Notes under the pieces: generated by a model
The model's input: the letters and a program-made list of their open reading frames with translations, nothing else
Databases searched by the model: none
What the model was told of the DNA's origin: nothing
Translations under genes and position numbers: made by a program
DNA from: Paraspadella gotoi
Taxonomy: Eukaryota > Animalia > Chaetognatha
Length of the DNA: 64,000 nt
Assembly: GCA_051294375.1 (NCBI GenBank)
Contig: CM119269.1
Span: 12,990,790-13,054,789, forward strand
Direction of reading: 5' to 3'
Shown: positions 35,186 through 49,000 of the stretch, piece after piece
How positions within the stretch are numbered: position 1 is the stretch's first letter
Layout: each line of letters begins with the position of its first letter

Positions 35186-38100
35186 ATGGGCGACGATCCC
35201 CACATCGTCGTCGGCGCCGCCGAACTTCGGCAGCAGCTGCTGCATGTTCGCACTGAGCTCGACGCGGAGCGCGCTGCGGCCACCGAGTTTCGACGCCGGG
35301 TCACCCACGGGGACAAGGAGAAGCTTACCCTCGTCTCGAACCACAATGAGGAAATGGCGTCGTTGCGTCACCGCGCGGCGGCGGCGGAAGCGGCGCTGGA
35401 AAACTGTAACGCCGCAAAGTGCGAGACGGAGTGTGAATTGTTGGCGGCCGTCAAACGCGTTGCTGGATTGGCTAAAACAATCGAGGATAAGGAAGTTAGT
35501 CTTTTTTGGGAGTCGGACTTTTTCTTTTGTTAGTTTTTGGTTTTTTAAATTGGAATTTTTGTCAGGCTTCTCACGCAGAAGAACGCGAGTCCTTTCGCTC
35601 TCAAGTTGAAGATTTGCGTCGACGTCTTTCCAAGTCTGAGGATGAAGGCGCGAAATTCACTTTTGCCGCCGAAAAGAAAGAGTCGGCCCTCTCTGGTGCG
35701 ATACTCGCCAAGGAGCAGGAGTTGGATCGTGTTCGCAAGGAGCTCGAGCTCACGCAGGTGTTCAGTCTTAACTAAAAACGTGCAGATAATCGTTTACGTA
35801 CGTATTTATGAAAATTATGTGTACTACGATACGACTAAGACTTCAAACAAATTTAGAAAGTCAAATATATTTTACATATTAAATTTATAGTTTCATTTAA
35901 TATAGTTATATTTTGTGTATTTTACTGTTTAATTCCTCCGTTTTGAATTTCCCAGATCGCGAAATCGGAATTGGAGAAACTGTCGGACACGAGAGAGAAG
36001 CAGATCGTTGAGTTGGAGCGGAAGGCCGCCGAGTTAGATTCGGAATTAGGAAGACGAACGGACGAGGCCAAGCTGCAGAGGTCCGAGTCAGATTGGATGC
36101 TGCAGAAAGAGAAGCAAACCAAGCAGGTTTGTCAGTTGTGCATGGAGTGATCTTTATCTTTTGTTTACCAGTTTTTGTTCTATTGCAATATTTTAATTCA
36201 TCGTAGGAACTCGAAGCGTTGGTGGAAAAGGCTAAAGGCCTTGAGGCAAACGTCGAATCGGAACGCGCGGCTCATCTCGAAACGAAGTTCAACTCTGAGA
36301 TCGTGCAGCTTCGCCTTCGCGACGTGGAGGCAGCGCTCGAGGATGCGAAAGCCTCCAGCGCCTCCAAAGACGCCGCGTTGGCTGATCTTCGCGCTAAACT
36401 CGATGCCGCCGGCGATTCTCTGCGCGAGGAGAAGAAATCGGGCTTCAAGTCGACGAACCGATTGAAGGCGACGTCGGCGGAACTGGCTGACGCTCAGAGG
36501 CACGTCTCTCAGCAGGAACAACTCGTCGATGAACTCTCCAAGGAGATCGACGCTCACCAGAAACACTTCGCCGTTTTGAAGGAGGAGCTGGAGAAAACGA
36601 AAGCCAATCAGCGTCGCTTGGAAGGCAATTACTCCACCTGGCTCAAAGACCTCGAGATCACCGTCTACAACTATTGGCACACCCTTAAACAACGACAGTT
36701 TCACGAGGATTATCCCCCTTCCCCGCCCTCTTCGTCATCTCCTTCGCCCAAGTCGCTCGTCGAGGGTCTTAAAGTTCTTCTCGGTGAATACCTCGTTCAC
36801 CTTCAAGATTCAAAGGCATCTTCCGAGAACATGTTTCGTAAGGACTCGAAAATCACGGAGCTGCAACAGACGCTAGGTCGTCTCGAGTACGAACTCGAGC
36901 AGCGGAGTCGCAAGATCGTAGAAGCAGCTGCCGAAGCTGATCGCCGCGTCGATGAGCGGGAAGCCCTCGCCGCGTCCCTCGAGGCCGAAAGAGCAGAGAG
37001 AGCGAGGATCGAGGGTGACAATGGAGACATTCTCGAGGCTCGAAGAGTCGCCGACGAGGAGAAGGTGGCATTTCTCGGCGCCACTCTCGCCAAACTCTCG
37101 GCGATGATACCGAATTCAACCTCCTTGTCGGATTTTAACGACGAAGCCCCCGAGGCTGGCAGACTATTAGAAAGCGTCGCCACTGTGGATAAGTCTTGGA
37201 ATCGATTGACAGCGGTGACGACGGAATACGTGGCAAAGGTGACCTCTTTCGGCCTAATTTGTTACAGATTGAAAGCTTTGTTTTGAAAAATGAACTGAAG
37301 TAATATAAAAATTAATTCTATTTAATAGATAAACTATCTTGCCCCTTATTTTTGGCAAGCTACTATGGATTAAGGCCTCAATTCCTCTTACTTATTAATA
37401 TAACTACGTACGTATTATATTTTCACGCAGTTGGGACTCGTCCTGAAGGCACTCAAAAAGAAAGCGCGAGTCTGTGAAGACGAAATGAGAAACGCCGAGG
37501 AGGGGCGAAAACAAATGGCCGAGGCTCAAGAGGAGACGTTGCATCAAATGGCCGAAGCCGCCGCTGCAGTCGAAGCCAAAGCTCTTGAAGAGAAGCGTCA
37601 GTTGGAAGACCATTTTGGGGAGGCTCTGCAAAAGGTGCCTTGAAGAAAAAGGAGCTTGAGAATGTTTTTTGTATTTTCAAGAATTTCCCATCGACTCTAG
37701 GTCCACGATCGCGCGAAACTAAGTGACGCCGAAGCGCAAGACGCTCTCGATCGACTCCGGACGGCAGAGGCTTCTCTTCAAAAATGCTCCGCCGAGATCC
37801 GCCTGTTGAAGAGCGAATCCAATCGCCTGCTAACGGATCGCACCAGTTTGACGGCCGCTTGCGCTCTCCTTGCCGGCGTTCTTCTTTCTCAAACGACGCG
37901 CAGATGCGTGGAGTCGCGCCATCGTTTAGCCGAAGAGATGAACGCTCAGGCGACGACTTTTCGACGCCACTGCATAGTCTTGGTCGAAACGCTCAGTTCT
38001 GAATTCCCGTCGGGCGACGAAGACGAAACCTTGCCCAAGATCCGTCGGGGTTTCGGCGCTCTCCTCGCATTTCGTCGCGCCGCCATCGTTATAATCGCCG

Positions 38101-38509
38101 CCAATCGCTTCGTCCATCTCGGTCGCACCTCTCGGGCTTCGGCCGATTCGGTGGTCGTCGTCGACGGTTTTCCTCGCAAGGGGCGTAGGACGATGATGAT
38201 GATCGGACGGGGAGAAGCCGGACCCTCGTGGAGGATGTCAAAAAAAGAAAGAGGGGTTGGCACGGAGCCGAGTCTGAGGCTAAACGAATGGCTAACATCG
38301 ACCGACTTGCAATCGGGGGTTGTTCTTGCATTGGAACCCTTGATGGAGAGGTTGGAAGCGAAGGAGGCGGTGACGGAAATGCGCAACATCGTTGGACCAT
38401 CCTGCATCAAACTCTTAGACAGAATTAAGGCCCATTTTCCTGAGGAAGAAAAGGGATTCAGTTTCGGTGAGTTTTTGGAGATTATTTCTGTTATTTCTGT
38501 TATTCCTCT

Positions 38510-38565
<56 letters not shown>

Positions 38566-39802
38566 GCGAAGCTTCGGATCGTAGCGGAAACCTTTGTTGG
38601 CGACTCGGCCATGGTCTAACACGCGCGCTGGCGGCCACTCCCCTCCGCCCTCGCCTTCGTCTCTCGTCGGCAGCGCAGATCGCAGCGTCTCTTCAACATC
38701 ATCTCCTCGCAATCACCCACCGTCTCCACTCTGCCGAGATCGATCGAAAGGACTTGAAAAGGGAGAACGCCTTACTCGCTGCCAAGGTCGGGGATTTTAA
38801 GGTTAGGCCAGATTTTCTGGGTTAGTTCTCTCCATTCGATCATTACCTATTGATTGACTAAAGATTTTCTTTTTAATTTAGGGAGTTCAAGAGATGGCCT
38901 CCACCTTCAAGAATCAAACCTCTCAGTTGCAACAAGAACTTCAAGGTTCCGTTAAAGCGGAGCAGTTCGCCAGCGTCTGCGGGGAGCTTCAGGCCACCCT
39001 CGCCCGAGAGCAACAGACGCAGAAGTTGCTGGAGCACCAGGCGCGGCGTATCCAAAATCTGAGCCAGAGGGTAGAGATGTCGACGAAGCAATTGGAAGAG
39101 CGAGATGGATCACTTCGTCAGTTGTCTTCGCAAATTTCCGAGCTGAAGAAAGACTCGCGACGCAAAGAGATCGAAACGCGCGAAAAGGCGAAATCCCTCG
39201 ATCGCTTGGCCGAGGAACGTCGGGCGCTACTCTCCAACGTAGCCGATGCCGAGAAGACCTTGACGACCGTTTCCAAGGACAAGGAGCGCCTCCATGCTTT
39301 TCTCGAGTCGACCGAAAAGTCCCTTCAACAAGTCACCAAACACTTACGACTCTTGACCGACTCCGACGTCGCCGACGCCTCCGTGCTGCCCATCAATCTC
39401 GCCAAATTGGTCACTTCGGGATCGCCGCACTCTCCGGCTGATTCTCCGAACCGGTCATCCGGTTCCGAATCCTCGGAACTTCGCGCAGTTCGTCATCTCG
39501 TCTCGCTCTTCGTGGACGTCTATCAGGCCTCCTTCGCCAAAATGGCTTCCTTGCAGCGCGAGTTGACGGCCAACGCCCAACACTTGCGCCGCCTCAAGGC
39601 CGAACTCAGCGACGCCTGCGCGCGTGGCGGCGTCGCCGAAGATTTCGTTCCTCGGCCAAAGTCAATGGAGGAAGACTCCATCACGACCGAGTCTTATAGA
39701 CGAAGGGTCTTCAAACCTCTCGCCAACGAAGACTCCGAGAATTCCAACTCTATGGAGAGAATTCTCGAAAATGGTTTAAAACCAAAACTGTATTACTCTT
39801 AA
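35186..39802 (+). CDS. CCDC171: Long coiled-coil protein, CCDC171-like, multi-exon
   Basis: ERAAHLETKFNSEIVQLRLRDVE, LTAACALLAG, FRRAAIVIIAANRF and RLHSAEIDRKDL resemble the conserved blocks of CCDC171 (recognised from memory). Confidence 0.7.
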
Positions 39803-40077
39803 AGAGGTTAAAAAGTCATATGCCTATGATGATAATTAATTTCATTCAGATCTAATTATCCGTCTTCTTCTTAGCGACAGTAACCGCTTAATCTTAAACA
39901 GCAGGCATTTTACTCCAGTGGGGTCGTTTTGTTGATTTTTCGTTTTTTAACTGTTTCAGCAACAATGCGACATTAGAGCAACTAAATGCATCCGATTCCG
40001 TCCACATTTCGCACATTAATCATAATCGGTTACCACATCAAAGAGTCATATTTTTTTATTCTCCGAACAGCATTAAA

Positions 40078-43000
40078 ATGTGTTCAATTCGTAAGATTAT
40101 AACGCTGCTTCCAAACTCTTTAACATTGGACCGAAATTTAACTTTGGCTGCCAGGACGTTATGGCCGCTGGAAAGGAGCTTATTTCGCAGCTCCAGCGGC
40201 TCTGCAGCACCAGCCGTCGTCGACCCTCCCCCACGTCCGAAAGAAACTCACGAATTCCCTTTAGAACGAATTCGGAACTTTAGCATCATCGCTCACGTGG
40301 ACCATGGAAAAAGCACCCTGGCCGACCGCATCCTCGAAAGTGTCGGCGCAATTAAAAAACCTACACAGGGCAAGAACGAGCAGGTCCTAGACAAACTGCA
40401 GGTGGAACGAGAGCGAGGAATCACCGTTAAGTCACAGACGGTGAGCTTTCGTTACCAGCACGAGGGCCTCACTTATCAGATTAATCTTATAGACACTCCC
40501 GGGCACGCCGACTTTAACTACGAGGTTTCGCGGTCGCTAGCCGCCTGTCAGGGCTGCATCCTTTTAGTAGACGCTAATTCTGGCATCCAGGCGCAAACCA
40601 GTGAGTTTTACTCGTGTATTTAATCACAAATATATACATATTTAATTCTCATATCGGTCCGCCTCGCCACGAAATGCCCTTTTGTTCGCGCTAGTCGATA
40701 GATCACGCGTTTATCAGAGTCAGAAAAACGAACAAAATAACATCGAAAAATGAAAAAAAGAAAATCCAGGGGGAAGCCGTCACGTGACCGGCCTCGACCA
40801 ATGGGAGCCCGGCATCCACCGAAGCCGGTTCTCTCCCTCATCCGGGAAACTGAGATCATCAATTCTTTTTTCGCGCTCATCTAGTTCGGTTGTATCCTTT
40901 CTGATTTCGCGTTTTTTCTTGACTTTTTCACGATTTTCTCGTATATCTACGTTCGAAACCCGCTCATTAGAAGTCAAGCAGAGACGAACGTTCGGACAGG
41001 AAGTCTGACAGCCGAAAACGTTCGGACATGTCTCTAAACGTAGAGAGGGACTGGAGATCCCTCGGGGGCTGAGAGGTCCAAGGGAGACCGAGCGGTCTCG
41101 CCCCCGCCGCCACCTGCCCCACCGACACCGCCTTCTCCCCCTTTTACCGGGTTTTCGGCAGCCCGATTCCGTCGGTTTTGGGGACTCGGCCCTACCAACC
41201 GACAATTTCCGTTGCCCGGCCGAGCGGTGGGGCTTCGTCCGAGGCGCCCTCTCTCGCTGCTCTCGGACCAAGTGGCGGCCGGTCTGGTCATCCCCACTGC
41301 CGGATGACGAGACCAGAGGACTGGAGTCTGTCCTTCGACGATGGTTTCGCACTGAACAGCTTTAGGAAGGATTTCGACGATTTTCGCCGCGAGTCTCAGC
41401 GGCGTTTCGACGCTTTGGGGCGGTGAGTTTTTTCCCGCCAGATGGCGTAGTGGGGGTTTTAGCTCGTTTTTCAAAGCCTCGCCTCCCTCTTTTGTTTCTC
41501 CTTTATTTCTTTCTTTCTTTTTTCGAATTATTCGATTTTGGATTTTTAGAATTTTTATTTCGTCTGATTCGATCGAAATATTTTTGTTGAAATAACCGCT
41601 TTCCTCCGCCTCTTGGCATGGGGCATTTCGTGGCGAGGCGGACCGATATGAGAATTTTTAATTCCTTTATGGAATATTAATTCTATATCGGTCCGCCTCG
41701 CCACGATCCCACCGTCCGCCCCTTTTTGTCTCCTACCATGTTTTTTCGTGGCTTTGGCGTGGCTTAGGGAAAGGGGGTTGGGGAGAAGGGAGGGGGGGGG
41801 TTCGGGAGTTTTTCCGTTTAATTCTCGCGCTAATTTGTTTACCGCTTCGTTTTTTTAATGTGACGATTCATATCGGTCCGGTTTTTCTCTCCACTACGCT
41901 TCGCCTCGTTTGACGAGTCTCGAATTCCTTCCATGCTGTTCCGACTCCAGTAGGCGGCCCCCTCTCAGATCGGGCGCCCGCCTCGGACCGTCACAGGTCT
42001 CGCCTCTACCCAAGCGTCATCGATCCCACACAGTGCCGGATCCGGACGCCAAGTACTCCTCCGATTCGGCGGAGGAGGGAGAAGTTTCGTCTTCGGATGA
42101 CGACTCGGCGGTTTTCGACGCTTCCTGCCCACGAGCAGGTCGCGCCGGTTCCAGGTTCGTACATGTGGCGTTCTCTTCGCTGCGTTGGGGAAGGGGTCTT
42201 CCTCACGGCCAACTGGAACTCGCTGGGACGCCCGGCGATCGGCAGTATACGCCACTGGATCGACGTCGCTTCTCCTCCGGAGTTCACCGCTCCGACGCGG
42301 ACACGTGCCTCTCCGCTCAATTCGAGTCGGCGTTTTCCAAGGGAATAAGCGGCTACTCTCCGCTCCTTTTCACGTGCGATGCAGGAGAACGGCGCTACGC
42401 GCATGCCATCCTTACAGTTGTCGATGAGCTGCGCGGAATCAAGGAGGCTCTCCGTTCCGGCTCGTCCAGAAATGAGGTCAGCGCTAGCGTTGAGCCCTTG
42501 CCGCCCCGCTTCGCGACGCGGCTCTTATTCAAGCGGCGTCCCTCAACCTTTCAGTCGGCGAGATCCGCCGCCAAGTCCCGCTGTGGCGCCGCAGGATCTC
42601 CGCGCCACGCTTTCTCGCTCCGCGCCCACCGCATCTTCCTTTTTTGGTATTCAGGAAGCGCAGGTGGAGTCGGCGCTCAACTCGACGCTTATACAAAACA
42701 TCGCTCGCGCCTAACCCGCTGCCGACAAGCGCCCTCGTTTCCGCTCGTAGTCTTCCTTCAAGCGCAAGTGGACCAAGAAGTCTGTTCCCCGCAAGAAGTC
42801 GGGAGACGGGAAGGGCCGGGACTCGCATCCCGGCGAATGACTCGAAACGCCTCCCTCGCGGTCGCCGCCTCGTCCGACCGCCCAGGTTTTAGGCCTGGAT
42901 CCGCCCATGGACTCGAGTCTCGACACGGACCTTTCCACGCCGGCGCTTCTTCCGGAAGTCCCCGTCGGAGGTCGGCTTCGTCTCCTTCAACCCTTTTGGA

Positions 43001-46000
43001 CGACGTTCGTTGGCGAGACGTCGCCCATTCTCGATAACTTCTCGGGATTCCGCCTCGAGGGGGCGAAGCAGTTTCCAGCACGCTTCCATCTTCCCTCGGA
43101 CGAGACACCGTCCTTTGGGGACCGAGACGCCTTGGTCGACGCAGAGATTGCGGCGGCTTTGGGGGAGGACGCCATCGAGGTAGTCCCGGTTTCTCCGGGT
43201 TTCTTTTCCATGTTTTTCCTCGTTACGAAGAAAGATGGAGGCTGGCGCCCGATTTTGAACTTTAAAAAGCTCAACTCTCGTTTCCTTTCGCCGCCTTATT
43301 TCCGGATGGAAGGAGCCCCGGACGTACGAAGGATGTTTCGACGAGGCGATTGGGGTGCCTCGGTAGACCTTCGAGATGCTTCTCCTTCTCCCGATCCACG
43401 AGGATCATCGGAAATTTTGCCGCTTCTTTTGGAAGGGCCGCATCTTCCAGTACAGAGTCCTTCCATTCGACCTCTCGACGGGTCCTTGGCTTTTCACCAA
43501 GACGACGAGGCTCTTAGTGCAGTGGCTCCGCCCACAGGGGATTCGATGTCTTTTTTTATTTAGACGACATCTTGATCCTGGTTTCCTCGGCGGACGATTG
43601 TCGACGAGCCACTCGGAAGGCGGTGTGGCTACTCAAGGAGGCGGGGTTCATCATCCACCTTCAGAAGTCGAGCCTGTCTCCCTCTCAGAGTTTCGATTTT
43701 CTCGGTTTGGTTTGGGACAGCCTCTCCCACTCCATCGCGCTCCCGGAGACGAAAATTACGGCTCTTCACTCTCTCGCGGAGAATCTTTTGCCAACGACCG
43801 CACCACGTGCTCGTCAGTGCCTTCAGCTTTTAGGCCTTTCGACGGCGGCGTCCATGGCAGTACCGCTGCTGCGCTGCCGGCCCTCGAGGATTCAACGAGA
43901 CGTCAATCGTGTCTACAGGTCGGAGAAGGATCTCGACCGTGTTGTTCCTCTCCACTCGCCGGCGATGGAGGAGCTGCGGTGGATCGCAGCCCTCTCTCCA
44001 GACCAGTGCTTCGCTCTGATCGACGACCTCCTCCCGGAGGTCTGCACGCTGGAGGGGACGACGGATGCTTCGTCGCAGGGATGAGGGCTTCTCCATCAGG
44101 GCCAACTGTCGGGGAGAACCTGGTCGACTGCGGATGCCCCTCTCCTTATCAATGTGAGGGAGTTCACAGTTCTGAGGATCTTCCTCCAACGATTCGGAGC
44201 TTCCTTCCACGGCGCGTCCATCCTTTGGAAGACGGACAGCCTCGTCTCTCTCACCTGCCTTCGTCGGGGCTGCAGCAGGAGTCCGTCTCTCTTCGGAGGA
44301 GAATCTCATCACGGCCGCAGCGTCGAGGGGCCGCAAGGTGGCGGACTGGAAACTCCTTCCGAGAGTTTTCCACCAGATGGTCGACATTTTTGGTCTCCCC
44401 AGCATCGATCTTTTCGCGACTCCCTGGTCGGCTCAAGTTCCACGTTTTTTCGCCTGGGAGGCGACGCTGGAGGCGGAGGGGATAGACGCCTTGGCGTAAC
44501 GCTGGGTCTTCGACCTGGCCTATCTCTTCCTCCCCCTCCTCTGCTGATGATGGTGATCCGCATGTGGGAGAAGGCGAGGGGCACCTTCCTCCTGATCACC
44601 CCGTTTTGGCCGGCTCAGAAGTGGTTCCAGAGCCTCCTCCTTCGGATTCTGGATGCGAGGCGCTTCCGGCGCCGAAGATCCTCGTTGTCGACCTCGTGTC
44701 CGGGCTTCCGCCACCGCAAGCGGATCGCTTCAGGCTCGTCGTCTGGAGGATTTTAGGCGGTGCCACAATCTCTCCGACATCGACGACTCCACCTTCTCTG
44801 TCATCGTCGACAGCCGGAGAGGCTCTACCAGAGAGCGCTACGCCAGAGCTTGGAGCTCCTTCTGCGACTTCCTTCAGGATAGAGAGGTTCGAGGATCTCA
44901 AGCCTCTCTAGAGGATGTTCTACGATATCTCGGTTTTCTGTGCGAGAAGGGCCTCTCGTACAGCAGATCAACCTTCACAGATCGGCCATCTCAGCTCTCT
45001 CCCCCCCTGGCGGGAGCGCCGGTTGGAGAGCATCTTTGGTCCGGCGCCTTCTCAAGGAGTTTTCGAGAGACGCCCTCCCTCACGTCGGACTTTCCCCACT
45101 TGGAATGCGGCCTCGGTTTTACGCATTCTCGACTCGGGCGCCACTTCCGATCGCGCCGAGGGATCTTCTACGGCACGCTCGCTCTTTCTCGTCGCTTTAG
45201 CGTCGCTCGTCGCCCTTCAGAGATCTCTCTCTTCGTTGCGACGCGGGTATCTTTCCTTAGCGGCAGATCACGTTCGTCTGGTTCCATCGACCTCTCAAGA
45301 CGGACAGGGTTGGACACATGGGTCCGGCGTTCCGTCTCGATTCGCTGCCGCTCTCAGATGTTGCCCGGTTCAGGCGCTGCGCAATTGGCTCTCTTCGTTC
45401 GGAATTGGCGCCGCCGCACGATTTTCTTTTCTGCACCCCGCGCCGCCTTTTCGTCAACTCTCGACGCAGCGTTTCGCCTCCATTCTCAAGGAGCTCTTTT
45501 TGGAGGCAGATGTTTCTGCGCCCCCGGGGTCGACACGCGCTATGGCGGTTTCAGAAGCCTTCGCTCGCGGCGTGGATCTCGGCGTCATCTAGCGCGCGGA
45601 GATTGGTCTGGAGCGCAGACCTTCTTCCTTTCTACTGCAGGGACGTCGCGTGGGCGCCCCTCCGGGACCTTCTAGGGACAATTGATGATCTCAGTTTCCC
45701 GGATGAGGGAGAGACCGGCTTCGGTGGATGCCGGGCTCCCATTGGTCGAGGGCCGGTCACGTGACGGCTTCCCCCTGGATTTTCTTTTTTTCATTTTTCG
45801 ATTTTTTTTTGTTCGTTTTTTCTGACCTGATAAACGCGCGATCTATCGACTAGCGCGAACAAAAGGGCATTTCGTGGCGAGGCGGACGATATAGAATTAA
45901 TATTTCCATAAAGGAATTAAAAATTCTTAACATAATGTAGATTGTTTTCCATTTCTTTTTTTTTTTCTGCGCTTTCCCCACCTCCGCCAGTGAACAACTT

Positions 46001-49000
46001 CTTTCTCGCCTTCGAACGTGAATTGGCCATCATCCCGGTGATGAACAAGATCGATTTACCTCAAGCACGCCCCGACGCCATCGCCGATCAGCTCGTCAGC
46101 GTTTTCGACGTCCAACGCGACGAAATCATACGTATTTCTGCCAAGCTCGGCCAGGGAATCGACGCTGTTATGGCCGCCATAGTCGAACGCATTCCTCCGC
46201 CGACTGGACGAGTGGACGATCCACTCCGAGCTCTCATTTTTGACTCGTGGTTCAAACAGTACCGAGGGGTGGTGGCGCTTGTCACGCTCACTGATGGCAA
46301 ATTAAGGGCGGGGGACAAAATTCATTGCCATCACACCGGAAAGTCTCATACAGTTCAGGTTCGTCTCTCTCTCTCTCTCATTAAACGAAACCGGTTTGTT
46401 GTTTGCAAACCGGATTATATCATTTGCCTTATTCCTTTGCCTTGTGCAGATCTATGTTATTTTTTGTCTTATCGTTTTGTTATATTGTTAAAATCTCATT
46501 ATTATATGACAGCAAGTGGGCGTCTTCACCCCCGACGACAAAATGGTGGACCAACTTCACGCGGGCCAGGTGGGCTACATCATGTCCGGGATGAAGGAAA
46601 CGACAGACGCGATGGTGGGCGACACCATCTACCTCCACGACAACCCGGTCGAACCCTTCGAGGGTTTTCAGAAGATGAAGCCGGTCGTCTTCGCCGGCTT
46701 CTTTCCCGTCGACCCCTCAAACCCCGCGCAGTTTGAAAAATGTATTCGGGCCCTGACGCTCAACGATCCGAGCGTGGAGATCACGAGAGACACAGGAAAC
46801 TTAGGTTCTGGGTAAGGACTCGGCTTACTGGGTAGGATCGATTTATTGAAAAAGGACCTTTTTAAACTTTTTTTTTTGGGGGGGGGGTCAGGTATCGTTT
46901 GGGTTTTCTGGGATTTCTCCACCTCGACGTTTTCCGCCTTCGCCTCGTCCAAGAGTTTGAAAACGCGGGCGCTATTGTCACCGCGCCTTCAGTCGTTTAC
47001 AAAGTAAGGATTCTGTTCATATTAAAGATATATTTAATTCATTATTTGATTGTTAATTGAACCCTCAACGAGAATAATCATTGTTAAATGTAAACTGACA
47101 TTATTAAACGTTCAAGGCGGTATAACAAAAATTGAGGCTTAATCAAAATACGACAATATGCAAATGAGATTGATGTACTCTGTCATTTGAAATGATCTAC
47201 AAATTACTTTAAGCTATATATATATTATTTAAAACTAAAAGGTTAAACTGAAGAAATCGAATTCCGTAGAGGAGGAGATACACGATCCACAACAGATGCC
47301 CTCCTTTTTCGACTGCGAATATCAAATGGAGCCCTTGGTGATGGCCACGCTTCTTATGCCAAGGTATTTTAGAAGAGTAGAAAAACTTTATCTCGGGCAT
47401 TACAGCTAAATGTTCAATGTTCTTTTTAAAATGAGAGTTTTACAAAAATACTTGTTTGATGAGCAACTATTCTACTTCAAATTATCTCATGTTTTCTTGA
47501 GGACTATTGAAGGCGTGAGAAAATAGAATGAAAAGTGTACCTATATTTCGCGGAGAGTGAATTCGAGAGAAAGAATCGCCCGACAAAATATACGGAGGCT
47601 CAAGGAGGAGGATGAAAAAAGAGGAAGTGCAAGGGAAGAATTTGACACCGAGCTAAATCCTCCTCTGGTTTTCCTTCAGTTATTGCATCCCTTAAATACC
47701 CCGTTAGCCAAATCCTTTGACACGAAAAAAATAATTTCCATGGTTTACTGCATCGGTATAAACGTAAACTTTTTTTTTTTAGATAGAGAAATTTTATTTA
47801 AATTAATCTTTATTAACAACTTGAAATTAATTTTACGAAAATGTGAAAGATGTAAAATTGATGGCTCATCGCATCTCTTAATAATTAAGCGCAATGAATA
47901 ATTTTTATTTCCTTATCCAAGATGACAGTCAAAATATTTTCAGCTTTATTGACCTCTACAAGGTCCAGAAGGGCAGTTGGTTTATACAAGATTCATTCTC
48001 AGACCTTTGGGCAAGCAATTTTAAGAAACTTAGCTTAACAACATCAAAGCATCAAAGTTGGGGTTAAAATGATTGAGAAGATGCAGCTCTGCGTGCGATG
48101 ATCATAATATGGCAAGTTAAACCTGGGAAAGTATAAAAGTATGAAAAGCAGCTGTGGCTAAGTTTGTTTTCCTTTTAAAACTTGAGGGGTATAAAAATAG
48201 AGGGAAAATAATGGTATATTTCGCGAAGAGTAGAAACGAGAGAATGTATCGCTAGACAAAATATACTGAGGGGGAGGAGGAAGAGGAGAATGGGACGGCA
48301 AGATAAATCCTCCTCTGTAAAACATGGGTAGTTTCAAAAAAATATAGTAACCAATACAATGCACCATCAACTGCATAAATTTATTTTATCGTTGCAATCG
48401 CTTTGCGTTTGCGACGATCTTGTTACGCTTTTGCGCATAAGTGGCGTTGTCGTCGTCGTTGGCGTTCCAAATTTTAGATCGCCTTTTTTATGATTAAATT
48501 CGAAGCTGAAAATTTATATACAGCTTCTCATCATTCATGTTCTTAAAATTGGGTCAGGACAGTTATTAAATATGTTTTGTTTACGTTTTATCAAAACAAA
48601 CAAATTTCCTCTTTTATGTTTCCTTTTCTTTTCTCTTTTAATTATATGAAGCTCTCTCTCTCTCTCTCTTTTCCCCAGTGCTGATTCATCGGGAAAAAAA
48701 CGAATCTGCAGCTGGCTCTGCCGGGGCTCTCTCTTTTTCTCTCTTTTCTCCTGCTGCTTCTGCTGCCGCCTTTTGATTTCTTTCTTTTTATTCTCTATCT
48801 CTCTCTCTGCGTTTTTATTAAAAAAATAAATTGAATTAGGATTGAACTCGTAAAAGTAGGCATCGCATTCATTTTGCTATCGCAACATCGGATTTTTATT
48901 TTGTTTTTTTTCCTCAGGGGCTGCGTCTGCTGATCAGTTTATTTTTTGACAATGAAAAAGTTTTTGTTTTTTGTTCTTTTTTTTTCAGAAACTGTAACTT

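Noticed and set aside
41910-45675. Programmed frameshifting in the DIRS ORFs
   Set aside because: Numerous scattered indels and stops fit decay or sequencing error better.
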